Position numbers and translations under genes: made by a program. From assembly GCA_001029735.1 (NCBI GenBank), contig CP011213.1, positions 140,087 through 204,086 on the forward strand: a stretch of DNA of 64,000 bases, written 5' to 3'. The notes beneath the pieces are model-generated. The model saw only the letters and a program-made list of their open reading frames with translations, searched no databases and was not told the origin of the DNA. This DNA comes from Berkelbacteria bacterium GW2011_GWE1_39_12 (GTDB lineage Bacteria; Patescibacteriota; UBA1384; UBA12157). Below, piece by piece: positions 9,026 to 20,880 of this stretch; the stretch's first letter is position 1; each line of letters opens with the position of its first letter.

Positions 9026-9490
9026 ATGGAAAAGATTTGGGCAAGAAAGAAACACAGAAGAATGTCCGCGTCCAAGGAGCTTGTCTCGCTTTTTCAGGAC
9101 TTAGTGAACATTTCGATCACCAGATTACAAGACGACGGCGACCTGGACAGGTCAAATCACCGCAAGCTGCATTTGATGACCAATGATCGTATCTATCAAA
9201 TCGCCATCCTAGGACAAAGCAAAGCCAGTCTCACTGATCCGAACGACCCGACATATCGACATGGCATGTTCATTAGAGTAGTGGAAATCCATGACGGGAA
9301 AGTCGTTGGATCACTTAAGGAAATATGCGTCCCCGTTTTTGCTCATCACGTCGACGCAGTTTCGATCAACGATTACCGGACGATGTGTCTGGAATCAATT
9401 CAGCGAGCGAAAGAGGATATAAAATCCGCCCGAAAAATAAGCTGGCTGGATTGGGAATGCCTACTTGATCCAGGCTACCCAACAACATAG
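9026..9490 (+). CDS. Hypothetical protein (orphan)
   Basis: TTGATT-17-TACAAT (8962-8990), SD GAGGGGAG, terminator AAACCGCT/AGCGGTTT after the stop. Confidence 0.7.
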   Translation: MEKIWARKKHRRMSASKELVSLFQDLVNISITRLQDDGDLDRSNHRKLHLMTNDRIYQIAILGQSKASLTDPNDPTYRHGMFIRVVEIHDGKVVGSLKEICVPVFAHHVDAVSINDYRTMCLESIQRAKEDIKSARKISWLDWECLLDPGYPTT

Positions 9491-9579
9491 CAATTTCATT
9501 AAACCGCTTCCCCCAAAAGTTAGCGGTTTTTTAAAAAGCGCCGGGAAAAACCCAGGCGCCGCCGTAAATTGTCAGAGAG

Positions 9580-9798
9580 TTAATGTCTGTTGTAAGGGAA
9601 GACGAACTGGCGGTATTTGCAACTCCACCAGATGAGAAAGGAAACTCCAAAGAGTAAAATCGGCCCGAGAGTAACGCACGTAATAAACCCATACATCAGA
9701 CTCATTTCGTCCAACCAGTCTATGTTCCAACCATCATCCCAGAGACAAAATATGCCGCCAACCAGACCTAATATCATCCATGCAGCCAGGACAAACAT
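9580..9798 (-). CDS. Small two-TM hypothetical protein
   Basis: SD GGAGGTG before ATG 9798; two hydrophobic segments; terminator near 9533-9560. Confidence 0.6.
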   Translation of the reverse strand: MFVLAAWMILGLVGGIFCLWDDGWNIDWLDEMSLMYGFITCVTLGPILLFGVSFLIWWSCKYRQFVFPYNRH

Positions 9799-9838
9799 CG
9801 ATATCACCTCCGAATCGTTCTTCTAATTTATTATACAC

Positions 9839-9862
9839 AAAAAAGACCGAAGGGTCTTTTTT
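9839..9862 (-). terminator. Terminator ending the 16S transcript
   Basis: AAAAAAGACC-CTTC-GGTCTTTTTT on the minus strand. Confidence 0.8.
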
Positions 9863-9875
9863 ATTAGTACTTAGT

Positions 9876-9979
9876 CTTTTTGTGCACCGGGAATACCCGG
9901 CACATTCCTCAAAAGTTTGACAACTTTTGGGTGGGCACCCGGATTACCGGGCACGAACCATATTTTCTCATACAAAAAT
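9876..9979 (-). ncRNA. Candidate multi-hairpin structured RNA in the 16S trailer
   Basis: Three adjacent hairpins, two of them near-mirror GC stems with GTG/CAC bases, plus a possible closing helix. Confidence 0.4.
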
Positions 9980-10140
9980 AAGCCTAGTTCGAATATTTCT
10001 ACTCAAACGCAGGCTTATTTTATATTAAATACTTTATATGGTTGCAAGAAACTTGATTCGCCTTTCGGCTCGTCTAGTATCGATCATCTATTCTCAAAGT
10101 TATCTTGCGATAATTCTGAGACTAGGTGTTTACTCCCTAG

Positions 10141-11595
<1,455 letters not shown>

Positions 11596-12011
11596 GAGAC
11601 ATTTTTCAAAGTAACCAGAGTGGCTTAGTTTGAAAAAAGTCTGGGGTGCCATGATCCGAAGATCATGGACTTACATATTTTTCTTTAACTTCGAAATAAT
11701 GCTAAAAAGAAGTCTTGCAACCACAAAAATACTTAATGTTACAATGACATTATTGGTGGTGTATTTTATGATCTATTCAAACCATAGCGTCAAATTCGGA
11801 ATTACTTGGTAAGTTTCCGCGACCGACGGTTTATGGCACCGATATCAATACTTGATATTGATGATATCAGTTATGTCAAAGGTCAAATCAAGAACAAACA
11901 AAAAAGTTCCCAATACGCGGAACTTCCGGTATCTATCCTCGATTTCTCAAACTTGTTAAAAAAGTAAGTCCTGCAAAGAACTCCTTCCGGATCTTTTTTA
12001 AGATCAATTAG

Positions 12012-12040
12012 ATCTTAATATATCTTAGAATATTTGTCAA
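12012..12040 (-). promoter_or_regulatory. 16S rRNA promoter
   Basis: TTGACA (12040-12035)-17 nt-TAAGAT (12017-12012). Confidence 0.7.
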
Positions 12041-12137
12041 CACCCCGGTAATAAAAAGTATTAAAAAGACGGTCTCAAAACGTCAAAAAATACGAAAGAG
12101 CAGCCTGAATTTTAAAAAACCCGGGGAAGACCCAGGG

Positions 12138-12608
12138 TTATGAGACAACTGATGGTAGTAACCACATTGATACTTGAGCTGGTTCGGTCTCCGTGTCGTT
12201 AACAGATATAACAGGTTCCCAGAACCTGGAATACCAGTTCCGGGTGGTCAGCGAAATAATCTTCTTTTCTATCCAGATATCTGAGCACTTCACAGAGAAG
12301 AAGAACTGTATAGTGTCAGGGTGACACCATTGGATCCTGATTAGGTTCTCCTTAGAAATCGTAATGCCAAAAGACAATTTCTGCTCTTGGCCATTAAGTA
12401 ATCTAAAGATAGTGTAATCAAAACCAGCCTTGTGTTCTGGACTACCCTTTCGATGACGAATAATGCGCAGAAGATCGATCCTTTGTTCAGTTATCGCCTT
12501 TCGAACGACACCCGGGACCCGATCTTCCATCTGATGGCCTAATTGGCCTTTCCGCTCTGATCTTCGTTTTCTTTCTTCAGACGGGTCTTTTTTTGCCACG
12601 ATAAACAC
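12138..12608 (-). CDS. Hypothetical protein, possibly PD-(D/E)xK-like fold
   Basis: GHQMEDRV...GFDYTI...SFGITIS spacing resembles restriction-nuclease-like motifs; terminator at ~12114-12140. Confidence 0.5.
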   Translation of the reverse strand: MFIVAKKDPSEERKRRSERKGQLGHQMEDRVPGVVRKAITEQRIDLLRIIRHRKGSPEHKAGFDYTIFRLLNGQEQKLSFGITISKENLIRIQWCHPDTIQFFFSVKCSDIWIEKKIISLTTRNWYSRFWEPVISVNDTETEPAQVSMWLLPSVVS

Positions 12609-12735
12609 CTCATCACAAAATCGTTTGCGGCAGATACCTCATCAATTTATCACTTTTTAATAAATTTATCAATAGATGCAAGCCAGAGTAAATCTTGAAT
12701 GATAATCGATAGCGTAAGTTTTTAATATTGATATA

Positions 12736-14298
12736 TTAAAGATCAACTGAGGTAACATTCACACCATTCAACAATCCATAGGGATGATTTTTTGCACCGC
12801 TGGATGTTCCTGGAACATATTTCAAATTACTAATCCCACTATTTGAAAGATCTCTAATCGAAAAATAATTCCACAATTTATCAGGACTACCTGTAATTTT
12901 TGTATTTATAAAAGTAACATTCCCCAAGGCGGCTGCACCTGTACTCGTAGAGTTAGCAACATAAACTGCAGCATGATCAATTGTCTTCGACGTTTGATTT
13001 GGGTTATCGATAATTAAATTGTTAAATATCAACATTGGACCGGTCACACGCCAAACACTTGCGAATGCGCCGTGATACCCTGCGTTGAAACTTTTACAAT
13101 CGTTAAATTCTATTGTTCCACCTACACCATTGCCTGAATACCCTTCATAACTAGTTAAGCCTGAATAAGTATCTGTATGACGAATAACCTTAATGCTGAC
13201 CGGAATGCTGGTCTCGTCTAAGGCATGGGTGGAAACAATAACCCCAAGTCCTAAATTATTAGAAGTAAAACTATCTTCAATATTTATATTGGTTAGCTGG
13301 TCGTGTGCATAATTGGGTTCCATATCAATTCCTGACTGAGGAGCTGCCCCATTGGTGTTTGTAAAATGACAACGTTTTACCAATAGATTTTTGACAGAAA
13401 TGACACTTAGCCCTTGTCTTAGATTATTATCAGCCAAACAATCGATTAAATTTATATTACCACTGTAATTTTGCTTGGAAGTTTCCCCAATATAAAATCC
13501 ATCCCCTCCAGCGCTATTTGAAGCTAAACCATAAATATTAATATTGTTCGAACCATAAATACCAACGCCATGGCGCCCAGTGCCAACGAGATATTCAGCT
13601 TTTGGCATCTGGATTTTTGCGCCATAGCCCATGATGGTGACATTTTGGGTGTCTCTAATACTGATTACTCGATCAGCTTTGCCATAATCGTTCGCCGCTT
13701 GAATCACTGTGCCTGAGCCAAGAAGAAGATTTGAGTTTGCGGGGATGGTGATTGGTTTCACCATATAAGGACTTGCAGAAGGTGGAATGTATAGAACCAG
13801 TCCTTTAGACACTGCATCGTTAAGCGCGGACTGGATGACAAAAGTATCGTCACCCCCCTGACCAGCAACACCATAAGTAAACAGATTAACCGGCACTTTT
13901 GCTTGAAAACTAACTTTGCCTTTGCCATTGGCAGTCTGATTTTCCAAAATCCACGTCGCTTTATTCTGAATAAAATTATAGTTATCCAAATCATCCGAGT
14001 CTGTCAATACATTTCCGTTGAGTGTTGCAGAACCATTTATATAAAAAACGCCTTCGGGAATAGAATCTTCTATCTTCACATTTTTAACATCGTTAGCGCC
14101 GATCGTGTAATTGATAGTGAACGTCAGTACGCTGCCACTGTTTGCTTTTGTTTTGTCGACAGTCGTAACTAAAGTTATGCCATTACCAGTTTGGCTTTGA
14201 GCTTTTGCGTTTTTTTGAGTACAAAACAAAGCGATTATTAAAACTAAAATAATAACTGAAAGCAAAAATATTTTTTGAAGTAAACTAAAATATTTCAA
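12736..14298 (-). CDS. Secreted DUF11 + right-handed beta-helix (pectate-lyase-like) protein
   Basis: Signal anchor; VDKTKANSGSVLTFTINY DUF11; GDDTFVIQSALND...LYIP; GDGFYI, RQGLSVIS, GIDMEPN beta-helix motifs; TTG start with SD AGGAGAGG. Confidence 0.8.
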   Translation of the reverse strand: MKYFSLLQKIFLLSVIILVLIIALFCTQKNAKAQSQTGNGITLVTTVDKTKANSGSVLTFTINYTIGANDVKNVKIEDSIPEGVFYINGSATLNGNVLTDSDDLDNYNFIQNKATWILENQTANGKGKVSFQAKVPVNLFTYGVAGQGGDDTFVIQSALNDAVSKGLVLYIPPSASPYMVKPITIPANSNLLLGSGTVIQAANDYGKADRVISIRDTQNVTIMGYGAKIQMPKAEYLVGTGRHGVGIYGSNNINIYGLASNSAGGDGFYIGETSKQNYSGNINLIDCLADNNLRQGLSVISVKNLLVKRCHFTNTNGAAPQSGIDMEPNYAHDQLTNINIEDSFTSNNLGLGVIVSTHALDETSIPVSIKVIRHTDTYSGLTSYEGYSGNGVGGTIEFNDCKSFNAGYHGAFASVWRVTGPMLIFNNLIIDNPNQTSKTIDHAAVYVANSTSTGAAALGNVTFINTKITGSPDKLWNYFSIRDLSNSGISNLKYVPGTSSGAKNHPYGLLNGVNVTSVDL

Positions 14299-14334
14299 TA
14301 AATCCCTCTCCTTTATTGTACGCTTTTTTGAGGA

Positions 14335-14940
14335 CTATTTCTTAATAACTTTATCTATTAAACCATATTTAAGTGCATCCGGAGCCGACATAAAAAAGTC
14401 ACGGTCCGAATCTTTTTCGATTTTTTCCACAGGCTGGCCGGTATGCTTGGCCAAAACCTCGTTGATCGCTTTTTTGATACGAAGTATTTCTTTAGTTTGA
14501 ATTTCTATATCTGTTGCCTGACCTTCCGCTCCGCCCATCACTTGATGAATCATAATTCTTGAGTTTGGCAAGGCAAATCTTTTACCTTTGGCTCCGGCGG
14601 CTAAAAGAACGGCGGCGGCGGAAGCGGCTTGACCAATGCAGATAGTTGCCACATCGGCTTGGACATATTGAATCGTGTCATAGATTGCCATACCTGCAGT
14701 GACAACGCCGCCTGGTGAATTAATGTAAATTGAAATGTCTTTTTTCGGATCTTCTGAATCTAAAAACAACAATTGAGCCATGATCAGATTGGCAACCTGA
14801 TCGTCAATCGGACCGCCTAAAAAGATTATTCGATCCTTTAAAAGACGAGAATAAATGTCATAGGCCCGCTCGCCGAATTGGCTTTTTTCTAAAACAGTTG
14901 GAATTAAATATTGTGATCTTATTTCTTGATTTTTATTCAT
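14335..14940 (-). CDS. clpP: ATP-dependent Clp protease proteolytic subunit
   Basis: [32 protein letters not shown]. Confidence 0.98.
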   Translation of the reverse strand: MNKNQEIRSQYLIPTVLEKSQFGERAYDIYSRLLKDRIIFLGGPIDDQVANLIMAQLLFLDSEDPKKDISIYINSPGGVVTAGMAIYDTIQYVQADVATICIGQAASAAAVLLAAGAKGKRFALPNSRIMIHQVMGGAEGQATDIEIQTKEILRIKKAINEVLAKHTGQPVEKIEKDSDRDFFMSAPDALKYGLIDKVIKK

Positions 14941-14964
14941 TTTAACTTTCTACTTTTATTTTCG

Positions 14965-16164
14965 CTATTTTGTCGCGTAATCAACCAATTTTTCGATTAC
15001 TTTTAAGCCAGAGTCTTCTTTGCTTAAATCGATTTTTTCTTGCTTGCCGATTTCGCCTAAGGTCAAACCAACCTTAACTGTTTTAGCGGCCTGCTCGGAC
15101 ATATCTTTTTTAAGATCTTCTTCGGACTTACCCATACTTTCTAAGTATTTATCAAATGGTAAGCCCATACCTTCAGTCCTTGTCTTAAGTTGATCAACCA
15201 TTCTTTGTGTTTCCTGCTCAACCAGGCTATCCGGCACTTCAACTTCCGTGATCTTAAGCAATGCTTCAATCACTTCGTTTTCTTTGTTTTGTCTTTCAGC
15301 TCGCTTTTTTTGGTTCAGCACATCGGCTTCAACAACTTTTTTTAAATCATCAAGGTTTTTTTGACCAAACTTTGTCGCCAACTCGTCATCAAGCTTTGGC
15401 AAGATTACTTCTTGAACTAAGTTCATTTTGACTTTAAAGTGTACTTTTTTCTTTAAACTGATATTTTCCGGAGACGATCCTTTTCCCAACTCGATATCAA
15501 ATTCCTTTTCATCTCCAGCTTTCATGCCCTCAACTTTTTTTTCGAATTCCGGAATTAAAACCTTGCTTCCTAAAACAACTGGGTAATTTTTACTGGTCAA
15601 GTTTTCTAAAACTACACTACGTTCTGTGCCTTCAAAATCCATTTCAACACGATCACCTTCTTTGGCGGCTCGTTCAACACCTTTGAATTCGGCATGCTGG
15701 CGCTGTAAATGAGAAAAAACTTGGTCAAGTTCGTCTTTGGTTACTTTTAATTTTGATTCTTCGGCTTTTTTAATTTTAATTTTTTTGTAATCGCCCAGCT
15801 TCACTTCAGGCAAAACATCGAGTTCTGCCTCATAAATAATTTCAGCATTGTCAGCAGTTAGATCAACCATCTTTTTAATTTCAACTTTTGGCGGAGCGAC
15901 TGGAATAAGCTTTTCTTGCTTTAAAACTTGGCCATAACTTTCAGAAAGGGCCATATCAATTATTTCCGAATTAAAACGATTTTCGCCAATTTCCATAATT
16001 GTTAAATGCTTTGGCGCTTTTCCAGGACGAAAACCCTTGATGTTTACCGAGGGCGCCAATTTTTCATAAACCTTTGCAAAATAACCGCGCATTATTTCCG
16101 GCGGTAAGGTTACACTTAATTTAATTTTGGATTTTGGTAGGTTTTCTTTTATAACATTTAACAT
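14965..16164 (-). CDS. tig: Trigger factor
   Basis: GFRPGKAP motif, FKBP-like LIPEFE; adjacent to clpP. Confidence 0.96.
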   Translation of the reverse strand: MLNVIKENLPKSKIKLSVTLPPEIMRGYFAKVYEKLAPSVNIKGFRPGKAPKHLTIMEIGENRFNSEIIDMALSESYGQVLKQEKLIPVAPPKVEIKKMVDLTADNAEIIYEAELDVLPEVKLGDYKKIKIKKAEESKLKVTKDELDQVFSHLQRQHAEFKGVERAAKEGDRVEMDFEGTERSVVLENLTSKNYPVVLGSKVLIPEFEKKVEGMKAGDEKEFDIELGKGSSPENISLKKKVHFKVKMNLVQEVILPKLDDELATKFGQKNLDDLKKVVEADVLNQKKRAERQNKENEVIEALLKITEVEVPDSLVEQETQRMVDQLKTRTEGMGLPFDKYLESMGKSEEDLKKDMSEQAAKTVKVGLTLGEIGKQEKIDLSKEDSGLKVIEKLVDYATK

Positions 16165-16265
16165 AAAAAATTTTCCTTTTTTATTAATGAGTTAAATTTA
16201 GCTGTTTAATTGTATCAGAAAAACGAGGCGATGACAAGGTTAATAATCACTATTTTTAGAACTAT

Positions 16266-17093
16266 TTATAAATAATTTGCGATCGTAAATTTACAATCTT
16301 GAACAGGAACACCGTAAAAACCTTTTTCACGATTGAGTAATTGCGGATAAATGACATCGTCGACAGCAACAATTGCCGTATCTGGATTTTCCTGTTTTAC
16401 TTCTTGAAGTAGTGCCGGTTTCTCATAATCATCATTAAAAAAGATTTCGGCTTGGCAATTTTCCAGACAGCGAGAATCAATCGGTCCCTCAGCTTGACAA
16501 TATTTTTCTTCCAAAGCTTCCAGTGGGATGCCATGCGAATATTTTTTCTTTATTTCATCACGCATCAAGCCTAGAGATGAATAAACCAAATCGGGATTGA
16601 CCTGACCTGCAATTGATCCAAGTTGATTAGGATGTTGAAGATAACCCAAAGTTTTTTCAACGCTTTTTGTTGTGATCAGTCCAATATCTAACTTCCCTTC
16701 TTGTTTTAATGGATCTAAAACTTCAGAAAATAGTTTGGGACAAATTGGCCTAACTCTATATTCATCGTCATCTGTTTCTGCCAAGGTGAAATCAACATCA
16801 AAGAGAGCAATCGCTTTCCCATTTTCCTCAACTGCCTGATGCACTGTATCGTAAACACGCAAAGCAAAAGTTTTTTCTTTATCGAGCATTTCCTGTACTG
16901 CCATTGCTTTTAAAGTTTCCGCCGATGCCTCAGCCGGACTTCCCAGTGTCATTTTTGCTTTTCGATCAAACATCCAAGTCTTTAAGATTGAATCTAGCTT
17001 TTGATGTACATCTTCTTGGTGTTTTTCCCAAAACGATTCAAATGTTAGACTATTAACCTGAGGCGGCCCAAGTTCTGGATTATCGATTCCCAT
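16266..17093 (-). CDS. HAD-superfamily-like protein
   Basis: LFDVDFTL motif I, LITT motif II, K and AVDD motif IV. Confidence 0.6.
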   Translation of the reverse strand: MGIDNPELGPPQVNSLTFESFWEKHQEDVHQKLDSILKTWMFDRKAKMTLGSPAEASAETLKAMAVQEMLDKEKTFALRVYDTVHQAVEENGKAIALFDVDFTLAETDDDEYRVRPICPKLFSEVLDPLKQEGKLDIGLITTKSVEKTLGYLQHPNQLGSIAGQVNPDLVYSSLGLMRDEIKKKYSHGIPLEALEEKYCQAEGPIDSRCLENCQAEIFFNDDYEKPALLQEVKQENPDTAIVAVDDVIYPQLLNREKGFYGVPVQDCKFTIANYL

Positions 17094-17118
17094 GATTTCC
17101 TTTGTTAAATATTTAAAT

Positions 17119-18240
17119 TTATTCTAGTGCTTTTAATCCAGGCAAATCCTTACCAGAAATGTATTCCAAGGTGGCGCCGCCGCCGGTTGAACAAAAAGAG
17201 ACTTTGTCTGCAAGGCCGATATTTTCAATAAAACCAACCGTGTCACCACCACCAATAACAGAAAAAGCCTCGGAGCCAGCGACTGCTTCAGCGATCTGCT
17301 TACTGCCATCAGCAAAAGCCGGAACCTCAGTGATTCCCATATTTCCATTCCAGAAAATGACTTTGCTTTTAGCGATTACTTTTTTATACTCTTCAACGGT
17401 CTTAGGGCCAATATCATCAATCGCATATTCTTTCATTGTTTCAGGATCCAAGGTTTCTGATGTTTTTATAACACGAACACCTTCTGCTTTTTTAATTGAG
17501 TGAGAAATAACCAAATCAATCGGTAAGAAAATATTTCGATCCGGTTCATCAGTAATAGATTGCCAGACGATATTAGCATCTCGAAATGCCTCCTCCTCAA
17601 CCAAAGATTCACCAAGATGATGGCGACGAGCTGCTAGAAAAGTTGAGCCAATAGCGCCGCCGATTAAAAAGTTCTGGGTGCGGCTTGTTAAATTTTTAAG
17701 AACAGGTAATTTGTCAGCTATCTTCGCACCACCTAAAATAACAGTGAAAGGCTTTTCTTTGTCTTTGCTAATTTTTTCTAAATTCTCTATTTCATGCTGG
17801 ACCGAAAAACCAGCAAAAGAAGGCAGTAATTTAGCAATACCGACCGTTGATGCATGCGACCTGTGACACGTGGCGAAAGCATCTTGAACAAAAAGATCTT
17901 GACCGACTGCTAATTGTCTAGCAAAATCAGGATCATTTTCTTCTTCCCCTTTATTAAATCGCAAGTTTTCTAAAATTTGCCAATTTTGATGAGTGCCTAA
18001 TAATTCTATTAATTTATCCTCAACTGGACGTATCTTAAGCTCTGGGTCTTCGCCATCAGGCCTACCAATATGACCAATAATTGTCACTTTGGCATTATTT
18101 TCTAAAAGATATTTTAATGTCTTTAAGCTCGCTCTCAGCCGACGATCATTTTTGACTTTACCATTCTCAATCGGTACGTCAGTGTCGATGCGAATTAAAA
18201 TATTTTTGTTTTGAATTTCAACTTCATGTATTTTTTTCAT
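17119..18240 (-). CDS. pgk: Phosphoglycerate kinase
   Basis: LENLRF, DAFATCHR, GGAK, DIGPKT, GGGDT, STGGGA. Confidence 0.97.
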   Translation of the reverse strand: MKKIHEVEIQNKNILIRIDTDVPIENGKVKNDRRLRASLKTLKYLLENNAKVTIIGHIGRPDGEDPELKIRPVEDKLIELLGTHQNWQILENLRFNKGEEENDPDFARQLAVGQDLFVQDAFATCHRSHASTVGIAKLLPSFAGFSVQHEIENLEKISKDKEKPFTVILGGAKIADKLPVLKNLTSRTQNFLIGGAIGSTFLAARRHHLGESLVEEEAFRDANIVWQSITDEPDRNIFLPIDLVISHSIKKAEGVRVIKTSETLDPETMKEYAIDDIGPKTVEEYKKVIAKSKVIFWNGNMGITEVPAFADGSKQIAEAVAGSEAFSVIGGGDTVGFIENIGLADKVSFCSTGGGATLEYISGKDLPGLKALE

Positions 18241-18332
18241 ATTTTCTGCTCCTACATTCGAATTTTTGAAACAATTTTATTTTTCCATAATTTCAGCGGA
18301 ATTTTCCGCGAATTAGAATTTTAATTTTAATT

Positions 18333-19076
18333 CTATTTTATCGTCCAGCCACCATCTACAGTTAATATTTGGCCTGTGATATAACTAGCTTCGTCGGACG
18401 CTAAAAATAAAACAGCATTAGCAATATCTTCCGGCTCGCCAATTCTTCCGAGTGGTATCATTGAAATTGTTTGCTTTTTAATTCCCTCGTCGGAACTTTG
18501 GCCGGCTCCAGGAGTATTAATTGCACCTGGGGCAATCGCATTTACATTGATTTTTTTTGGGGCCAATTCGACAGCCAAAGCTCGGACAAAGCCGTTCATT
18601 CCACCTTTAGAAGCACAATAATGTGCGAGCTGAGGAAATGCAACAAGAGAAGCAATTGAAGAGATATCAACAATTTTAGAACCTTCCTTCATGATTTTGG
18701 CCGCCGCTTGGGAAGAAAGAAAAACACTTTTTAAATTAACGCTTAAAACTTTATCCCAATCTTCTTCTGCCATTTCTAGAAATGGCTTGTAAGGAAAAAT
18801 ACCTGCATTATTAACCAATATATCCAAAGCTCCAAAATTCTCAACCGTCTTATCAATTAAATTGTCAACTTCCATTTTTTTTGAAACATCACATTTAATA
18901 GCAATTGATTTTTTGCCAGATTGTTTAATTTCATCGGCCACTTTTTGAGCGTTCGCTTCATCAATATCACTGACGACGACAAAACAACTTTCCTCTGCAA
19001 GCCGCAACGCAATTCCGCGACCAATCCCTTGACCAGCGCCAGTTACGATTGCCACTTTATTTTTGAGTCTATCCAT
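18333..19076 (-). CDS. SDR-family oxidoreductase (FabG-like)
   Basis: TGAGQGIG, NNAG, YCASK, VDGG. Confidence 0.93.
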   Translation of the reverse strand: MDRLKNKVAIVTGAGQGIGRGIALRLAEESCFVVVSDIDEANAQKVADEIKQSGKKSIAIKCDVSKKMEVDNLIDKTVENFGALDILVNNAGIFPYKPFLEMAEEDWDKVLSVNLKSVFLSSQAAAKIMKEGSKIVDISSIASLVAFPQLAHYCASKGGMNGFVRALAVELAPKKINVNAIAPGAINTPGAGQSSDEGIKKQTISMIPLGRIGEPEDIANAVLFLASDEASYITGQILTVDGGWTIK

Positions 19077-19090
19077 TTTATCTCCTTTAA

Positions 19091-19444
19091 CTATCCGAGC
19101 TTAACTATTTTTTCTATATCTGTGAGAATTGCGCCTTTGGCTGGAAGGCCTTTGTTTTCTGACATTTTCTTCACATAGTCTAGCCATTCACCATTATTAT
19201 AATAAGATGCTGCGCCGACGATTTTATACCCTTGCCAATCTTTGTTCCAAACCACTAAGCATACATTGTTATTTGCCTTAATGTTTTGTAAAGTTTCATT
19301 CATGTAATTATCGGTAATCAAAATCTGATTTTGTACAATCTTAACGAAAGCGACTGCAATTACATTTGGTTTATTTTCTTCAGTGACAGTCGATAAGGCA
19401 ACTGGATTATTTTCTAATATTTCTTTTATCTCATTTAGCGTCAT
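19091..19444 (-). CDS. Pyridoxamine 5'-phosphate oxidase-like FMN-binding split-barrel protein
   Basis: ALSTV...PNV, DNYMNETLQNIKANNNVCL, GYKIVG; start re-placed to overlap the hydrogenase stop. Confidence 0.75.
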   Translation of the reverse strand: MTLNEIKEILENNPVALSTVTEENKPNVIAVAFVKIVQNQILITDNYMNETLQNIKANNNVCLVVWNKDWQGYKIVGAASYYNNGEWLDYVKKMSENKGLPAKGAILTDIEKIVKLG

Positions 19445-20855
19445 TTGATATTTCACATTCTCTTGTTGGCGTTTTATCATAATCAACATGTAGATACTTT
19501 TTAGCTATTTCTCCGCCAGGGCATTTGAATAAATTATCGTAAACTTCTTTAATAATTGGATTCTCATGCGCTTTACGAATTATTTTACCAGCATCAATTT
19601 TATATAAGGCTTCTCGTCTTTTGTTAATAGTTTCTTTAGTCGCAGGTTTAGGTTGTCCTCCACCTCCAACGCAGCCGCCAGGACACGCCATCACTTCAAT
19701 ATAATGGTAAACTTCGCCATTTTCTATCTCTTCGATTATTTTTTCAGCGTTTTTTAAACCGGCCGTGACGGCAATCTTAATTTGTTTACCATCTATATTC
19801 AGGGTCGCCTTTTTAATGCCTTCCATGCCACGAAATTCTTCATATTCGATCTTGTCCAAGTCCTGATTATATAATGACGCTAAAGTTCTGACGGCCGATT
19901 CCATTACACCACCAGAAGCACCATAAATCGCTCCGGCGCCGGAGGCTTCACCCAATGGAGCATCAAATTTTTCGGACTCTAAATTAGGCAAATCAATATT
20001 AGCCGCCTTTACCATTTTGATAAATTCCCGAGTGGTCAAAACGAAATCAACATCCCATTGACCCGACGCATCCTCACCACTTCTTCGACTTTCGAATTTT
20101 TTCGCAATACAAGGCATAATGGAAACAACTACAATATTTTTCGGATCAAGATTTAGTTTTTGCGCAAAATAAGTTTTAGTCACAACAGCTAAACATTCTT
20201 GAGGTGATCGCACTGTTGTTAAACTCTCCATTAATTCTGGGTGGAAATCTTCAATAAACTTAACGCGCGAAGGACAGCACGACGTAAACATCGGCGTTTT
20301 GTTATTTTCTATTCTTTCTTTGAGATCATATGCCTCTTCGTAGGTGGTAAAATCTGCACCTAGATTAACGTCGAAAACATATTTAAAACCAAGTTTTTTT
20401 AGAGCAGAAATCATTTGACCTTCAAGAATTTCATCCGGTTCCTTACCGAAGGAATCACCCAAAGAAACACGTAGAGACGGCGCAATTTGCGCAATCACAA
20501 TTTTACTTTCGTCAGAAATAGCTGATTTGACTGGCTCAATATCTTCTTTTTCCGCCAAGCAACCAGTTGGACAAGCTAGGATACATTGACCACAGCGAGT
20601 ACATTTAGAATCTTTAAAATCCATCTTGCCATCAGGCCTAAAATATAAGCACCCTTCAACTTCCGTTTGCACCGGAATTCCTAGGCCGTTATTTTCTAAA
20701 CAAGCCGTTCTACAGATTCCACAACCAATACATTTTTCTTCATCGCGAGTAATCGCCAAATCACTCATATCTTTATAAGGTTTACCTTTTTTATTCTCTA
20801 CAATTGATTGATGTGGATTTACGGTAAAATTTTTACCGTTGATTTCTATTTCCAT
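19431..20855 (-). CDS. hydA: Monomeric [FeFe]-hydrogenase, group A-like, two 4Fe-4S clusters + H-cluster + fused small-subunit tail
   Basis: CIGCGIC...C and CTRCGQCILACP; P1 TSCCPSR, P2 MPCIAKKFE, P3 EVMACPGGCVGGGGQP; RKAHENP...YLH tail. Confidence 0.93.
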   Translation of the reverse strand: MEIEINGKNFTVNPHQSIVENKKGKPYKDMSDLAITRDEEKCIGCGICRTACLENNGLGIPVQTEVEGCLYFRPDGKMDFKDSKCTRCGQCILACPTGCLAEKEDIEPVKSAISDESKIVIAQIAPSLRVSLGDSFGKEPDEILEGQMISALKKLGFKYVFDVNLGADFTTYEEAYDLKERIENNKTPMFTSCCPSRVKFIEDFHPELMESLTTVRSPQECLAVVTKTYFAQKLNLDPKNIVVVSIMPCIAKKFESRRSGEDASGQWDVDFVLTTREFIKMVKAANIDLPNLESEKFDAPLGEASGAGAIYGASGGVMESAVRTLASLYNQDLDKIEYEEFRGMEGIKKATLNIDGKQIKIAVTAGLKNAEKIIEEIENGEVYHYIEVMACPGGCVGGGGQPKPATKETINKRREALYKIDAGKIIRKAHENPIIKEVYDNLFKCPGGEIAKKYLHVDYDKTPTRECEISNDAK

Positions 20856-20880
20856 TAAAACCTTTCATGAGTCTTTTTGT

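Noticed and set aside
15455-15485. GSSPENISL stretch in trigger factor as another palindromic insert
   Set aside because: No convincing inverted repeat in the DNA
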